This document shows positions 26,301 to 38,259 of a DNA stretch of 64,000 nt, one piece after another. Position 1 is the first letter of the stretch; the number at the start of each line of letters is the position of its first letter. A program made the position numbers and the translations under genes. Source of the stretch: Paragordius varius (Eukaryota > Animalia > Nematomorpha); NCBI GenBank assembly GCA_964247055.1, contig OZ176052.1:7626001-7690000 (forward strand). Reading direction: 5' to 3'. Below the pieces are notes generated by a model, which searched no databases, was not told the DNA's origin, and saw only the letters and a list, made by a program, of their open reading frames with translations.

Positions 26301-28591
26301 TCCACTTGATGGCAACATAAATAGTTCCATGTTACCGAATAATCAATCCGCCCCAGCTGGCTTTCAAAGTGGTGTTGTTGGTTTAACTAAACCTGTCTTA
26401 TATGATCCTTTTAGTCGCAATATTGCGCATGATCGTAATAATACAATGATGATACATAATAATTATCACCGTAATACAACTAGTAATCTCCAAAACAATT
26501 TTTATGATGAATACAATAATGGTGGTGGTGGTGGCATGATTCCAAGAATGCCGACCGCAGCAGCTACTAGTAAAACACAATATTTATTAACTATATGCTA
26601 GTTTTTATATAATGATATTTCCAGATAACATTTATGCCCAGCAAAAAGCTTTATTATCATCTAATAAGAAAAATAACACAATAAGATTCCCTTTGCTCTG
26701 TATGATGCTATCTCTGGGAATATTTAATAAAAAAACTAGCACAATACATTTTTGCTCACACTGTATTTTATCTATATTTATTTATAAAACATTATTTCTT
26801 TTTTGACACCAAAAAAAACAGATCCCTATGGAATAATGGGGAGTAGTGATTATGCATTGCAACAACAAAATTCGCAACATCACCCTTTATCTCGTCCCTC
26901 AAATAACTTGATGGGCCGTGTTCCACCTCGCATGATAAATAATATAAATAACCACATGGCTAATAACAGCAACCTTAATAACCAAAGTAATGTGATGAAT
27001 ATGGGAATAGTAGGTTCGAGGGGTATGGCAGCACCTTCCCGTGATTTGAGTTACATGCATACACCCCTACGACCCGAACAAAGAAAGCAAGTTGAAAATC
27101 GGTTTCGGGATATGATGACGAAAATTAGTCAAAGTTATTTGCAAGGTTTTTTGATACATTTTCTTAAATATTATATAACATACGAATTTTTGAGTGGATA
27201 TTATTTGGCAAAAACGAAAATGATATAAGTGTGTGCTTAAATTTTTAGGTCTTATTTTGTATTTTTTAAAGTTTTTACTATGTTTTAACAAATCAAAAAT
27301 GTTTTTACCTATTGATATGTAATCAAATGTTTTTATTGACATTCACGATATCTGTATCAATTCCGTACTTTGTTGATATAGGCTTTATTTCAAGATTTTT
27401 ATATTAAATGTCTGTTTTATTTAGATATATTTTTAAGGTGTACAAAATATTCATTTTTTATTTCCCCTTAAATAACATATCTTTCAAATTATTACCGAAT
27501 TAATGTTTAAATATAAATCTTGATTAAAATGTAACTTAATAAATATATATTATAAATAATTATTATATTATTCCAGCAAAATATTATATATCATTTACAG
27601 CTCAAAAACACCCTTAAACAATTAAAATTCACCCTAAAATAAATTGTGTGTTTTTGAATATTAAAAACCACCTATATTATATATTTAGTTCAAAAAAATA
27701 TAATTTCGTTTATTATTAAAATATTAATGAAAAAATAGAGTATGCCATAAAAAAATAATTTATATTATAATGATGATTAGCCCGAAAACACATAATTTGT
27801 TTTTAGGGTGAATTTGAATTGTTCAAGGGTGAATCTTAAATTGTGTATATACTGAAATTTCCAATTTTTTACCAACTTTATCCAATAAAACAGGTAGACC
27901 TGAAAGAGAAAAAGAACCGAGTGAGTTTATGCGTGCACATGGCTATCCTTCCGTTAATATGCAGCATCCTAATCCAATGTATAATCATTACTTTTTAATT
28001 TTATTGTTATACATCATTTGCACTTCAAGAGTATCCTTGAACACTTCACGTTGGTCCTTCCACTTTTTTATTTTGATTTAATTTTATCAATTAAACCATT
28101 TATCATTCATCTATTTTATCATTTTTAACCTATTTTCTTGATTAATTTAGTCAATATCAACGTTTAATCATTCAGAAACCGTCCATATAATTTCTTAGAA
28201 AAAAATATTAATAAGATTTTAACACATAATTGAAAAATATTAAGTATTCAGGGTTGTTGATTAATGATTTTTTAAAAACATTTATGTTATTTTATGAATT
28301 GACAAAAATTTGTTTGAAACAACAAAAAAGTAATTTTTGAATAAAAAATATTACTTTTGAATTAATTACATAATTAATAAAGAAAATTATAAAAAATAAT
28401 AAAAAATACATGCCTCCAAACTTAAAAAGTCTAAGGACGAACTTGAGTGCAAGGACGAACTTGAAGTGTACCATTAATTAAGGACACTCTCGAAGTGCAA
28501 ATGGTATATATATTTTTAATATTTTTGTTAATTTAGGATGCAACAGAAAATTGATCATTTCGTTACCGATCTTATGAAAAATTACTACTAA
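17357..28591 (+). CDS. Multi-exon zinc-finger protein (~719 aa): acidic N-terminus, U1/matrin-type C2H2 finger, second EPLIGL-C2H2-like finger, N/Q/G/M/H-rich tail. Exons 17357-17372, 17393-17568, 17593-17643, 17675-17714, 18152-18354, 18775-18843, 19180-19201, 19266-19382, 20006-20142, 21123-21207, 21410-21502, 24322-24394, 24507-24616, 25059-25188, 26271-26569, 26625-26699, 26822-27145, 27894-27978, 28537-28591
   Basis: Spliced FYCE|ICDIRMNGKQSFDAHIRGNKHFK and EPLIG|LQFIVE...YLCELC...HLISYVHRWNY. All junctions are GT-AG and phase-compatible (2160 nt = 720 codons). The first four exons have no homology support. Confidence 0.75.
17373..17674 (+). other. Three candidate tiny introns in the zinc-finger gene: 17373-17392 (20 nt), 17569-17592 (24 nt), 17644-17674 (31 nt)
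   Basis: AT-rich GT...AG segments. Retaining the first or third hits a stop; the second is 3n. There is no homology support for this part of the protein. Confidence 0.55.
21700..22140 (-). mobile_element. Degenerate RTE-clade LINE ORF C-terminal fragment
   Basis: VIRYGSEPWPMSKTNE...KLLKTI...LQWAGHV resembles the LINE post-RT consensus YGSETW...LRWAGHV; followed by stops. Confidence 0.75.
22330..23115 (-). mobile_element. RTE-clade reverse transcriptase fragment with an inverted duplication of its 3' part
   Basis: AIFTLRQLQ...AFLELERTF...LPTLFNVIME...FYADDLVI...GLKVNFSKTKLM. 22918-23113 is an inverted copy of 22330-22506. Confidence 0.88.
23151..24284 (-). mobile_element. Non-autonomous Helitron family 1, copy A (1134 bp, about 2.1 internal tandem units of ~480-510 bp)
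   Basis: 5' A|TCTATATAT at 24284; 3' hairpin GCTGCGTAGCAGC then CTAG|T at 23151; repeat-unit starts near 23218, 23696 and 24210. Confidence 0.88.
25562..26219. mobile_element. Non-autonomous hAT element (658 bp)
   Basis: 11-bp TIR TAGGGTTGTGC, perfect 8-bp TSD CTAGCAAG (25554-25561 and 26220-26227), subterminal TGACC/GGTCA repeats. Confidence 0.92.
27598..27848. mobile_element. Palindromic MITE
   Basis: Arms CACCCTTAAACAATTAAAATTCACCCTAAAA / TTTTAGGGTGAATTTGAATTGTTCAAGGGTG. Confidence 0.65.
28010..28508. mobile_element. MITE with subterminal AAGGACGAACTTGAAGTG repeats
   Basis: TIR CATTTGCACTTCAAGAGTATCCTT / AAGGACACTCTCGAAGTGCAAATG. Confidence 0.65.
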
Positions 28592-29488
28592 AGTTTTTGT
28601 TTGTTATTTCCCATTTGACTGCTATAATAGTTGTAAAATAAATTTACTATGACACCTGTATTATTATTTTAATTTCTGTTCATTCCTTAATAGTGTTTAG
28701 TATTCATATTCGTTTCATATAACAATGTTGTAAATAGTCGTGTAATTCATATAAGATAGCAATAACTCTTTGTATCGTTCAAAAGGGGGCGCATCCCTTT
28801 GTTAGATGATGATAAATTATTTTTTTTTAAATATTTTTGAGATTTTGAGCCATATTTAAATCTCGATATTTTTATAAAATTTTCATATTAAAATTTATTT
28901 TGTTTTAACAGTCCATTATAGTTTTACATTCCAGAGCGATTCGAAATTTAAATATTTTAAAAAGTATTTAAGGTTTTATCCGAATTTAAATGCTTTCTTT
29001 AACCTTTTAGGCGCATTATACAAAAGAATTTTTTTAAAAAACTGTAAAATTGAAATATCCTCATCTCAAACTTTCTTCCTTTTTTTCTATAATTTTGTTC
29101 AATCTCTAATGCAACAGGCAAATTAATGTGTATTATGGTTAGAAATTAGCTTTATCAGGCAAAATTTTACCACTTTAAATATTTTTATTTCAATATCCGC
29201 TGTTCATTTCATTTTGGAAAACCCTAGAACAAAACTATAAAAATTATAAACATTTTTATTAAATACGTGTAACAATATTTGATGATTAAATTTTAACTAA
29301 AAAACTTTCAATGCTGTAGTTTATTTACATAATTGATTTCTGAGATATATACCCTAATATTATAATTAGGACAAAAAGTTTTTAATTGAAACTAATTCGA
29401 ATATTAATTTACTAGTTATGCAATTTTTTATCACAATTACATAATGTGATTGGATAAAATTTATCGTCTGCCTTTTTTAAATTTTGAT

Positions 29489-30670
29489 ATGGCCGTAGCA
29501 TTAGCGACTAAATCAAAAACGAAAATTACTGAAAAGATATCTACTGCTTTTATTCAAAAAATATATGGTATTTCGGTTTCATCTATTCTGTATTTTCGAA
29601 ATATATTCCCGGAAGGTGCTTTTGACAAATGTCGGGATAAAGATCAAGAATATCGTGTGTTGATTGCTGATCAAAACAATCCAAACGCATTTTACGTCTA
29701 TAAGATGATGCAAGGATGTTATGATGCCATAAAAAAGAAGTATCTCAAGAAAGTTTTAATGGGTTTCTATGAAAAAGACGACATTGCTGAAAATTTTCTG
29801 GAGTACTATATATTTCAATTCTCATATGATGGTCAACAAATGAAGTTAAAGCTAAATGAACAGAAAAATATTTTAAATATACAAATGAACCAAAAGGTGT
29901 CCAAGGTTAATTTGTTAGATTCTTTACAATTATTAAATTCGGTTTTGCAAAAATTACCCCCCAATCTTTTTGTTTCCATGAGGTTGTTTTACGATGAAAA
30001 TACACCGTTTACTTATCAACCTCCAGGATTTATTGGAATACAAGAACCTGAAAACTTTGCCAGACTTTTTACATTCAATTTGGGACATGTTAAAACAAAA
30101 TACCATGAACTCTACTTAAAATTTTATTCCAAGGATGAATATATAAAGCAAATCGATATGCAAGATAATGTAAGCGGAACAACATCAACTACCTTTGTTG
30201 ATTATACTAGCGATGAACATTCTCCCAATCCCTCCAAATATTTGGATAAAATTACACAAATTCAAGAAATTAAATGTTTTTGTGCGATGACTGATTTCAT
30301 ATCAAATAATATGATACAATGTTTACGTTGTAAAAAACTTCAACATGCAGTATGCTATGGTCGATTGATAGTATATCAAAACATGGAACATTTTTGTGGG
30401 TGTAATGTTGCAGAATCTAATAAAACCTATAAGGATAAATTTTCTAGGCTTGCACTTTGGCGACGTGTCCTTGATTATTGCATGAAAAGGGAATATCTAG
30501 TTGTACACGATTACAAGGGCTTTTTCAAATTTACAAATCCTATGCAAGCTCATCAGCAAATAATAAAGTTGTTGAAAAATCAAGTTATTAGTAAATATCA
30601 AACTCGCAAGCAGTATATAATTAATGGGCCAAAGGCCAAACAATGTTTTGAAGAAACTTTAAAACATTAG
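29489..30670 (+). CDS. Meiotic HORMA-domain protein (Hop1/HORMAD-like) with PHD finger and probable winged helix; intronless, 393 aa
   Basis: HORMA features (ISVSSILYFRNIFPEGAF, GCYDAIKKKYLK, LEYYIFQFSY, LPPNLFVSMRLFYDENTPFTYQPPGF) followed by C-x-C...C-x2-C...H-x2-C...C PHD spacing. First ATG of the ORF is at 29489. Confidence 0.9.
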   Translation: MAVALATKSKTKITEKISTAFIQKIYGISVSSILYFRNIFPEGAFDKCRDKDQEYRVLIADQNNPNAFYVYKMMQGCYDAIKKKYLKKVLMGFYEKDDIAENFLEYYIFQFSYDGQQMKLKLNEQKNILNIQMNQKVSKVNLLDSLQLLNSVLQKLPPNLFVSMRLFYDENTPFTYQPPGFIGIQEPENFARLFTFNLGHVKTKYHELYLKFYSKDEYIKQIDMQDNVSGTTSTTFVDYTSDEHSPNPSKYLDKITQIQEIKCFCAMTDFISNNMIQCLRCKKLQHAVCYGRLIVYQNMEHFCGCNVAESNKTYKDKFSRLALWRRVLDYCMKREYLVVHDYKGFFKFTNPMQAHQQIIKLLKNQVISKYQTRKQYIINGPKAKQCFEETLKH

Positions 30671-30752
30671 CTTGTTATATTTGTCTATTAAAAATACGAA
30701 TAAATTATTTACCATTGTTTATCAACAATTTAGCTTATTTTTTATATACCGT

Positions 30753-33653
30753 ATGAATAAAACTAAAATATTTTTATTGCCTGATAAGAGCCCTTACCAT
30801 ATATTTTCACCGCATAGTTTTACTTCGAATCAACCTGTCGACAAATTAATACCAAAATTCACGCCTAAAACATTTTTAGACACAAATAATGATGCAACAA
30901 AATGTTTTAATACACCATGTAAGTCTTATCTCTTTAAAACAATATCCCCATATAACAATAGTTTTGATTCCAGAAATTATTCTGTATTTTCACCCAATAA
31001 TTATGATACATTAGAAAACAAATCAGTATCTTCAATTTTCTCTAATTTTAAAGGGAATTTCGGTAAACATATAACCTTTTGTAAGAAAGACCGCTCAAAA
31101 GAGTTTTTTGTCCGTAAAGAAGAAAACGATCCATTACAATTGTTATCCGAATTTAATGCTTTCAAAGCTCGCAATAATTCTAACATTGTTAAAACATTGG
31201 GGATAAAAATATTATTTAAACCGTTTTATAGTCATGATTCTAAGCAATCAAAAATTCCAAATTTTTTGGCAATGAACAGGAGTAAAAGGGTTAATTGGAC
31301 GAACGCTATATTATCTGCTAAAAATTTAGCTCAAAGTTTCATATACACAGAATATAGCGGCATTAATCTTGAAACTTTTCTTGTTTTATCTCCACAAAAA
31401 AGATCAAAATATTTTTGTCCATCGGAAAAAGTAAATATAAACAAAGTCATAGTTTCCCAACTTTGTGATGCCATTAAATTTTGCCATGCAAAAGGAATCA
31501 TACATTTGGATATAAAACCTGCAAATATTTTCCTCAAAAAATTAGTCGTAAAGTTAGGTATATACCCAAACACTAAAAAATTTTTTTATCGTAAGTTGAG
31601 ATAATTTGCCATTTTTAGAAATATTAATTGGTGATAAAACAACTAATATTAAAAATAACTTTATATGTTTCGTTTTCTGCGCTGGTAACTTTATATATAA
31701 TTTTTGTACCACCGTTGGGGCATTATCACATTTGTGACATTATAAAACAATTTTATTTTACTTATAATCGTAATAAGAAAAACAATAAGTTGTTGCAAAC
31801 TAAAATTAATGGCCATTGATTAAATAAAATGGATTTGTGGATTATAAACTAACATTTAATATGTTTTAAAAACAAACAGTTAAGATAATTCCGATACCTC
31901 ATTAGGAACCATAATATTTAACTTTTTAGATGTAAAATTTCTCATCTAACATTTTTTTAAGTGCTATTCTTGTAAAGTGAAAATTTATTTTTAAAGTACA
32001 TAAATAGAATAATTGAAAAAAATGGTCTATTTTTTAGGGATTATTGAAATTTTGGCCCTGATTTAACATTAAACTAGAAATTTTCAAATAAAAGTTTTAA
32101 ATATAGAACCATGTATTTTATCATTCGAAAGAGCGCGAAAGACTGATATTTCGAATGGTAGTTAGTCATTTAAATCAATCGATGTAAAATTTATTTGGGT
32201 TATATGGTCAAAATTTTCAAGCATAAAACAAGTCAAAGATTTTCACAGACACACTAATTTAGAATATAAATTAATATCATTATTAGGTTTTAATATAAAA
32301 TTTTAAAAAAAATTTTGGAAAAATCTTTGGTTTGCTTTTTGAATTTTTAATATTATAATTATTTTATCTAGTGGATGCAATGCATAGTTATAACTGTAAA
32401 TTTATTACATAATGGCTATAATAGATGAAGAATACCTTAAATTATATTTCAAATCTTTAAAATTTTGAAATTAAAGACCTTTTAAGAAAAGAATTAATAT
32501 TGATATGATGGTAATTTTTTAGCAAAAAGGTAAAAATTGCTGTTTTGAATGACATAAAAGCAATAAATAAGTGTTTTGATCAAAAAACTTTCTTGTGTTA
32601 TCTTTTTTAGACATTGATTGCCATCTACACAAAGTTTGAGATATTTTCAGCCATTCGCGGGTTGGTCGCTTCCTATGTCCAATAATAACTATTGATGTAA
32701 AACTATTATTATCCATTTTATAAAGTTTTACTCTTTCGAATGGTTTATTACAAATGGGCATTTGTTGTATATTTCCAAGTAAAACATTTTTTAGTAAAAT
32801 TTTGATAGGGAGAGCGCATAATCATAAAAAATCAAATGATATAAAATTCTTAGGTGGAATATGAGAGCACACCTTTTTTAAAAAAACCTCTATAACAATT
32901 TTGCATTTTTCTAAATATATCGATAATAGCTGGTTTAAAAAAAAACTTGCGAAAAATGTAATTAATCAGTTATTTAGTGCATATGTGCTAATTTTATATG
33001 GCGTTTCGATCGCAAATTTGTCTTAAAAAGCCATAATTAACTATATAAAATAAAATATAGAATTTTGAGTTTCTTTTTTCCTTTATTGGACTTAAATTGT
33101 ATCCAGACTTGCGAAGGCTTTAACACTCGCTTGCCCAGGGCTGACAGTGATGATGGAAAAATGCGTAGTTTCGGGGTTCGAACTCTGGCACGCAGTGTAG
33201 GAGGGATAATTCAGTTTACGATGTAGTACGGCCTCAAAATTTAATATGAATATAACCAATATACACTGTTATGTTTTTATTGTTTTACTTTCGTCTATAG
33301 GTGATTTTGGTTCGTCATTATCAATATCTGCATTAGAGGAGCCCAGAATATATACATCGGTAACGTGGCAATATGCTGCTCCAGAAATTTTAACAGGACC
33401 CTGTCTTCCAACCCTAGGTTGTGATATATATTCTTTGGCAATAACTATCTGGCAATTGGAAACGTGTAACCAACCCTACTTTGGTTTGCCAAAACATCCA
33501 ACAATTTACGCAATCATTAAAAAGGGTACGAGACCTGACTCGTCCAAAATTAACAACACAGCACTGGCATTGATCTTATGTGGGATGTGGAATCCTGAGG
33601 TTAATCAAAGGCCAAATATCGATCATCTCAAAATTGAATTGGACAATTTATAA
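30753..33653 (+). CDS. mos: Mos-like serine/threonine kinase, ~385 aa. Exons 30753-31557, 33301-33653
   Basis: HLDIKPAN catalytic loop, KLG|DFG across the intron, APE, DIYSLAITIWQL..PY...H..IYA....RP: these are Mos-family hallmarks. 1158 nt = 386 codons. Confidence 0.8.
33104..33233 (-). mobile_element. tRNA-derived SINE copy 1 (in the Mos intron)
   Basis: Minus strand starts GGCCG, has a B-box GTTCGAACCC and a conserved body TTTTCCATCATCACTGTCAGCCCTGG...GTGTTAAAGC. Confidence 0.7.
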
Positions 33654-33754
33654 CTTCTGATTTTTTTACTCATAATAATTTAATATTCTAAGCATATAAT
33701 GCTGTGTTTTATCGTATTAATAGTAAATAAATTTTTAAATATAATTATATTATA

Positions 33755-35190
33755 CTAGCGTAAATATCGTGCTGCTACGCAGCCCAAAAAAAGTCCTTCG
33801 GACTTCTGGGGGGGGGGGGGGGGGTTATTTGAAAAAATGGATCAATAAAATGATCCATATATGTGGATTATTTCGAAACACTTTTTAATAGCTATGATCT
33901 CATAGGATTTTCAAAACGGTGCATTCATACTATATATTGTTTACTGGTAAAGGCCCTAAATTGACGGCTAACGGAAAAAACCGCTATACTATAAATTTTA
34001 CCTTTTATAGTTAATATTTAAAGCCTTTATTGAACTCGTATGGTTTCTTAAGTTATTTGAAATTAGCTCCACAGCCACGCCATTTTTGTATACAATCTCA
34101 GTTTTAAACCGGTAGACCCCTACCCATAGGCCTATATGGAAAAGCGCTAAGTTAAATTTTCTGCCTTTATAGGGAAAATATTTGCAATCATCTATGAGAC
34201 CATCGTTTCATGGGTTATTCGAAAAAATATCTCAACACTAAATAATCGTTATATGATGGCGTATCTTTACGGCATAGGGGACAAATTAACGGTTAATAAA
34301 AAAGGCCCGATCTTAATTTTTACCTATTAACGGTTAATATTTCGAACTTTAAATGAGCTCACATGGCATAAGTTTTAAATTAAGTGGCACAGTTTTGGGC
34401 GGGTAGCTTCTTGCCCAGAGGCAGGTGTAAAAAAGCGTCGGGCAAAATTTTTGTCTTTATATGGGGAATATCTGGAATTATAATGTCCATATGTTCCTAT
34501 AAGTTTTTGGAAATATTGCTTCAAAACTAAAAAATTTCTCTATGGCGGCGTTCTGGAATCATGATTGATTCCATATGCTCTCATTAGTTTTGGAAAAAAT
34601 TTTCTCAAAACTAAAAAATCATTCTATGGTGGCGCATTTTTCAGGGCGGCACGCTATTTTGATACGACGGGGCAGTTTTTAGTGGGTATCTCCTTACCCA
34701 GCAGCTATCATCAAAGAAACGCCTGACTAAAATTTTTGCCTTTTAACAGGGAATACGTGGAATCCATATTGAATTTTTACGGTCTTATACCTAGGGCGAA
34801 AAATAGATTTAAAAAAATTATTTTTGTGGACTTTGTTTTTTGAAAAAAATGGCATTTTACGGGGGGAGCGGGTAAAAAGAGGGCCTAAATTAAAAAAGCG
34901 AACCGACCATGATCGGCATAATTGAAAATATGTAAAAAAATCATATCTGAAAGCGAATGATCCAACACGTTTTCCGAAAAATTGTCTCAAAGACACGATT
35001 TTTGTGGAATTCCCTTTTCAAAAAAAACCCTTTTTCACACGGAGTGGGCCCGAACTGGGGGCCTATTTCAAAAAAAGGGCGAAGCTATTGTCGGGGTAAT
35101 CATTAATGATTATATTTTTTCGAGTTTAAATTTGAATGGGTCTTCAGGTTTTCCGATAACAGATCACAACCACTTTCCATTTTATATAGA
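33755..35190 (-). mobile_element. Non-autonomous Helitron family 1, copy B (1436 bp)
   Basis: 5' A|TCTATAT at 35190; 3' GCTGCGTAGCAGC hairpin plus CTAG|T at 33755; poly-G run at ~33808-33824. Confidence 0.88.
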
Positions 35191-38100
35191 TTAAATCAAA
35201 TTGCCAGAAAAATATAAATTTTTGAATTCTTTATGCAATTAATTTCAAAAATTAATCAAGACTATTGTAAATTATAAATTAGAAGGTTAATTAATTGTAA
35301 AATAAATTTTATTTTTGTAATAAAGTAGAATTTATGGATTAATGTTTCAATTTTAAATTTAAGAAAAAATAAAAGGATAAACTTTTTTTGAATAAATTAA
35401 ATAATTTCCAATTATACTAACACGCAAAATAAAACCAGTTCAAAATTATTTAAATTACAAATTATTTTTATATAACTTTCTACAATTTCAAAATGCAGTC
35501 CAATTCAAAAAAGATTTCACGTGGAATATTAATCTTGCACGATATCATACGATAATTTAGAAAAAAGAATTAAACAATAATTTTGCATAAAACCATGTTT
35601 CTGAAAATCAATTTACAGTTTGTTGAAACCTTCTCATTATTTCAATTTAAAAAACTGATATCTCCTTTGTATAAGGGAAAATGAATTTTTCAAATATATT
35701 TCATTAGGATTTTCCAATTACGAAGTTTTAATTTCTTTCAATTTGCTTTAAAACGCCCGTACGGGGTGGATATGTGAGAGGAATGGCCATCTCGCATATG
35801 TCTCAAAAGCAAGGTTCATTATGATATTCTACCATATTCTTGAATATATGACATTTGACCAATGATTTTGTGAATTCTGAAAGCCCATCATCTATTTTAT
35901 GTAGATAGGTATTTCGTTGAGCACATGACCCTATTTGGTAAATAGGATTTCCAAACTTCTACCATAACTTTTAAAACAACAATTTAAACTTTATTGTAAA
36001 AAGCCTAATGATGAAACGACTTATGTTGTTAATTAATCTGCTTTGCTTTTATTATGATTTTAAACAGGTCCATCTGGCAAAAAAATACATAAACACTAAA
36101 AAATTATAATTCACCATTGGTTTGTACCAGAATACGAATTTTACAAAAAATGTACTTATATATTGACAAAAGTTTTTTCTAACAGTCTTGTAACTTTTAG
36201 GGTTTAAAATCAAGTCATTTCCATCTAAAACAAACAAATTTAAATCAGTTAATATTAAAACACTCAGCATTATAAGTTAATAAAGTTATTATTCATTAAT
36301 TTAGTTGACAGTTTATTAATAAAGCAAAAAGTTGACATGAATATTTATTCATTATTAAATTTTTTTTAAAAAATTACAATAATGAGCTATGCCATAGAAT
36401 GCATATTTTAAAATTTGGCCCAACACATTGATATTTTTGAAGATATTACCTATTTAACATAAACGAAAATAAAATGTTCTGACACAAAAAAACTATATTA
36501 GAATATTAATTTAGCAATTATAGATAATTATCATAAAAAAATATTCAAATTTACATTTGAATTATTTTAATGAGTTTAACTTTGGTATGGTTATTTATTA
36601 CTTATTTGGTATAATTCTGTTTATAATTATAAACCATATAATATACTTTATTACTTTCTGGAAAAAAATTTAAATAAAATTACCATATATTAAATAATTG
36701 ACCTTAAACTATAAAGTAGAATATTTTAATTGGATGCAATTAATCTTAACGCATATTTCACTGCTTTTTAATTTGTTTTTTGTGCTAAAATAATTTTCAT
36801 CCTAATTTATATTCAAAGATTAAAGTGTTACTAATATGACCGTTTTCTATATTAAAGATTGAAAGTTAGAACCAAAATGCCGAATTTAATCATATTTAAG
36901 TCTAACAAACAGCTTTAAAGCATTATAATCTTTCTTTAAGATTTTCAAAAATATGTTTTAGTTACAGTCAACCCTTTTTTGTGCAGACTTTTACGTGGGT
37001 TGGCCCTTTTTAACTCTTTGTGGGAAGAATCGATTTTGGTGACTTTATTTTATAATTAAGAGGTTAAACCGATTTTTTCGCATTTTTCCGTCTAAACAAT
37101 ATATTATATTTAAAGCTATTAAAAAATATAACTGCTGAAATCAATTACTAGTAGTTTAAAATTCATTTTCCTTATATGTTCATAAATGACTTTTTGTGAA
37201 TTATTTTGTGCGGTTCCTATTTATCAGAAAAAAGAGAGGTCTGATTGATATTTTAATGTAATATCGTGTATAAAACTGATGAAATGTGATTCCAAACCAT
37301 AAATTTGGATACATGTTATATTATTTCCACTATTTCACAAAAATAAGTGATTAGGTAATTATGGACTACAATAGCGACATAACGATTAAATAAATAAAAC
37401 GAAATGTTAATCATTAACAGTCATAACACTCAATTTTTTCGATCTCTTAATAAAAAACGACAATTTTTAAATTAAACATTTAATCTGGCATTTTTGTATA
37501 TATAAAAATAAAATCTTAACCCAAATTTATATTTTTAGTAATCCTAACCACTTAAATAATAACAAGTTTTATCAATAATTTCAAATCGCTTATTTTATTA
37601 TATTTTTTAAAATATATTTTATTAAAATTCTGTTAAAACATCATTTCTGAGTGCACAATAAATTTAACAATTTATTATTTATGCATGATTCTTTAGATAT
37701 TCTATATAAGATATTGTGTATATTAAATATATTCCCGTTCTTATTATTTAAAATTGGATATAATTTTTTTATAATTAATTATAAATTCTATGATTAATTG
37801 ATTTTTAATATTATTTAACATTTAATTAGTTTTTAATTATATTTAAACTTATTTGAACCAAATGATGAAGCAATAATAAAATGATTCATATATTTATTTA
37901 TACCAGCACGTATATTATAATTATAACTCTCAATAAATATGGAAAAAATTGTTAATATAAATAATCCACTATAATAATAATACATAAGTAAATGACTATT
38001 AGTTATGAGCGCCGTTTATACATTTACAGTATTAACATGTATAAAATATTTATGTACAACATAGACATCTTCATTCGCCATTCCAACACTTCTTTGAAGA

Positions 38101-38259
38101 AATTGATTTTTTCGTATATTCATCAATTAATAGTACCAATGTTTATTTCCCTTTCTTTAAAATGCACAAGTTGTGTTGTTTCAGATCAAATATTGTCGTA
38201 ATGATATTGTACCAATCTTTTCTATATTGTCATATAAGTATTTGTTTGTCAACCTTGTG

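Noticed and set aside
28430-28500. Short direct repeats AAGGACGAACTTGA(A)GTG resembling a CRISPR array
   Set aside because: Only 2-3 units with no unique spacers, mirrored at 28010-28065 as MITE subterminal repeats, in a eukaryotic intron.
30645-30670. 26-nt GT-AG segment ending at the HORMAD stop as a further micro-intron
   Set aside because: Excision gives a short hydrophobic out-of-frame tail with no homology; not supported.
33104-33233. Possible tRNA gene
   Set aside because: B-box is present but there is no complete cloverleaf, and three diverged copies share a non-tRNA tail, so it is called a SINE.
33808-33824. Poly-G run as a G-quadruplex regulatory element
   Set aside because: It is an expansion of a shorter G-run present in Helitron copy A, and homopolymer length is assembly-sensitive.
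35200-38200. Short ORFs in the AT-rich spacer (36052-36270, 37992-38201)
   Set aside because: Low-complexity I/K/F/N/L composition expected by chance; no splice-consistent homology.
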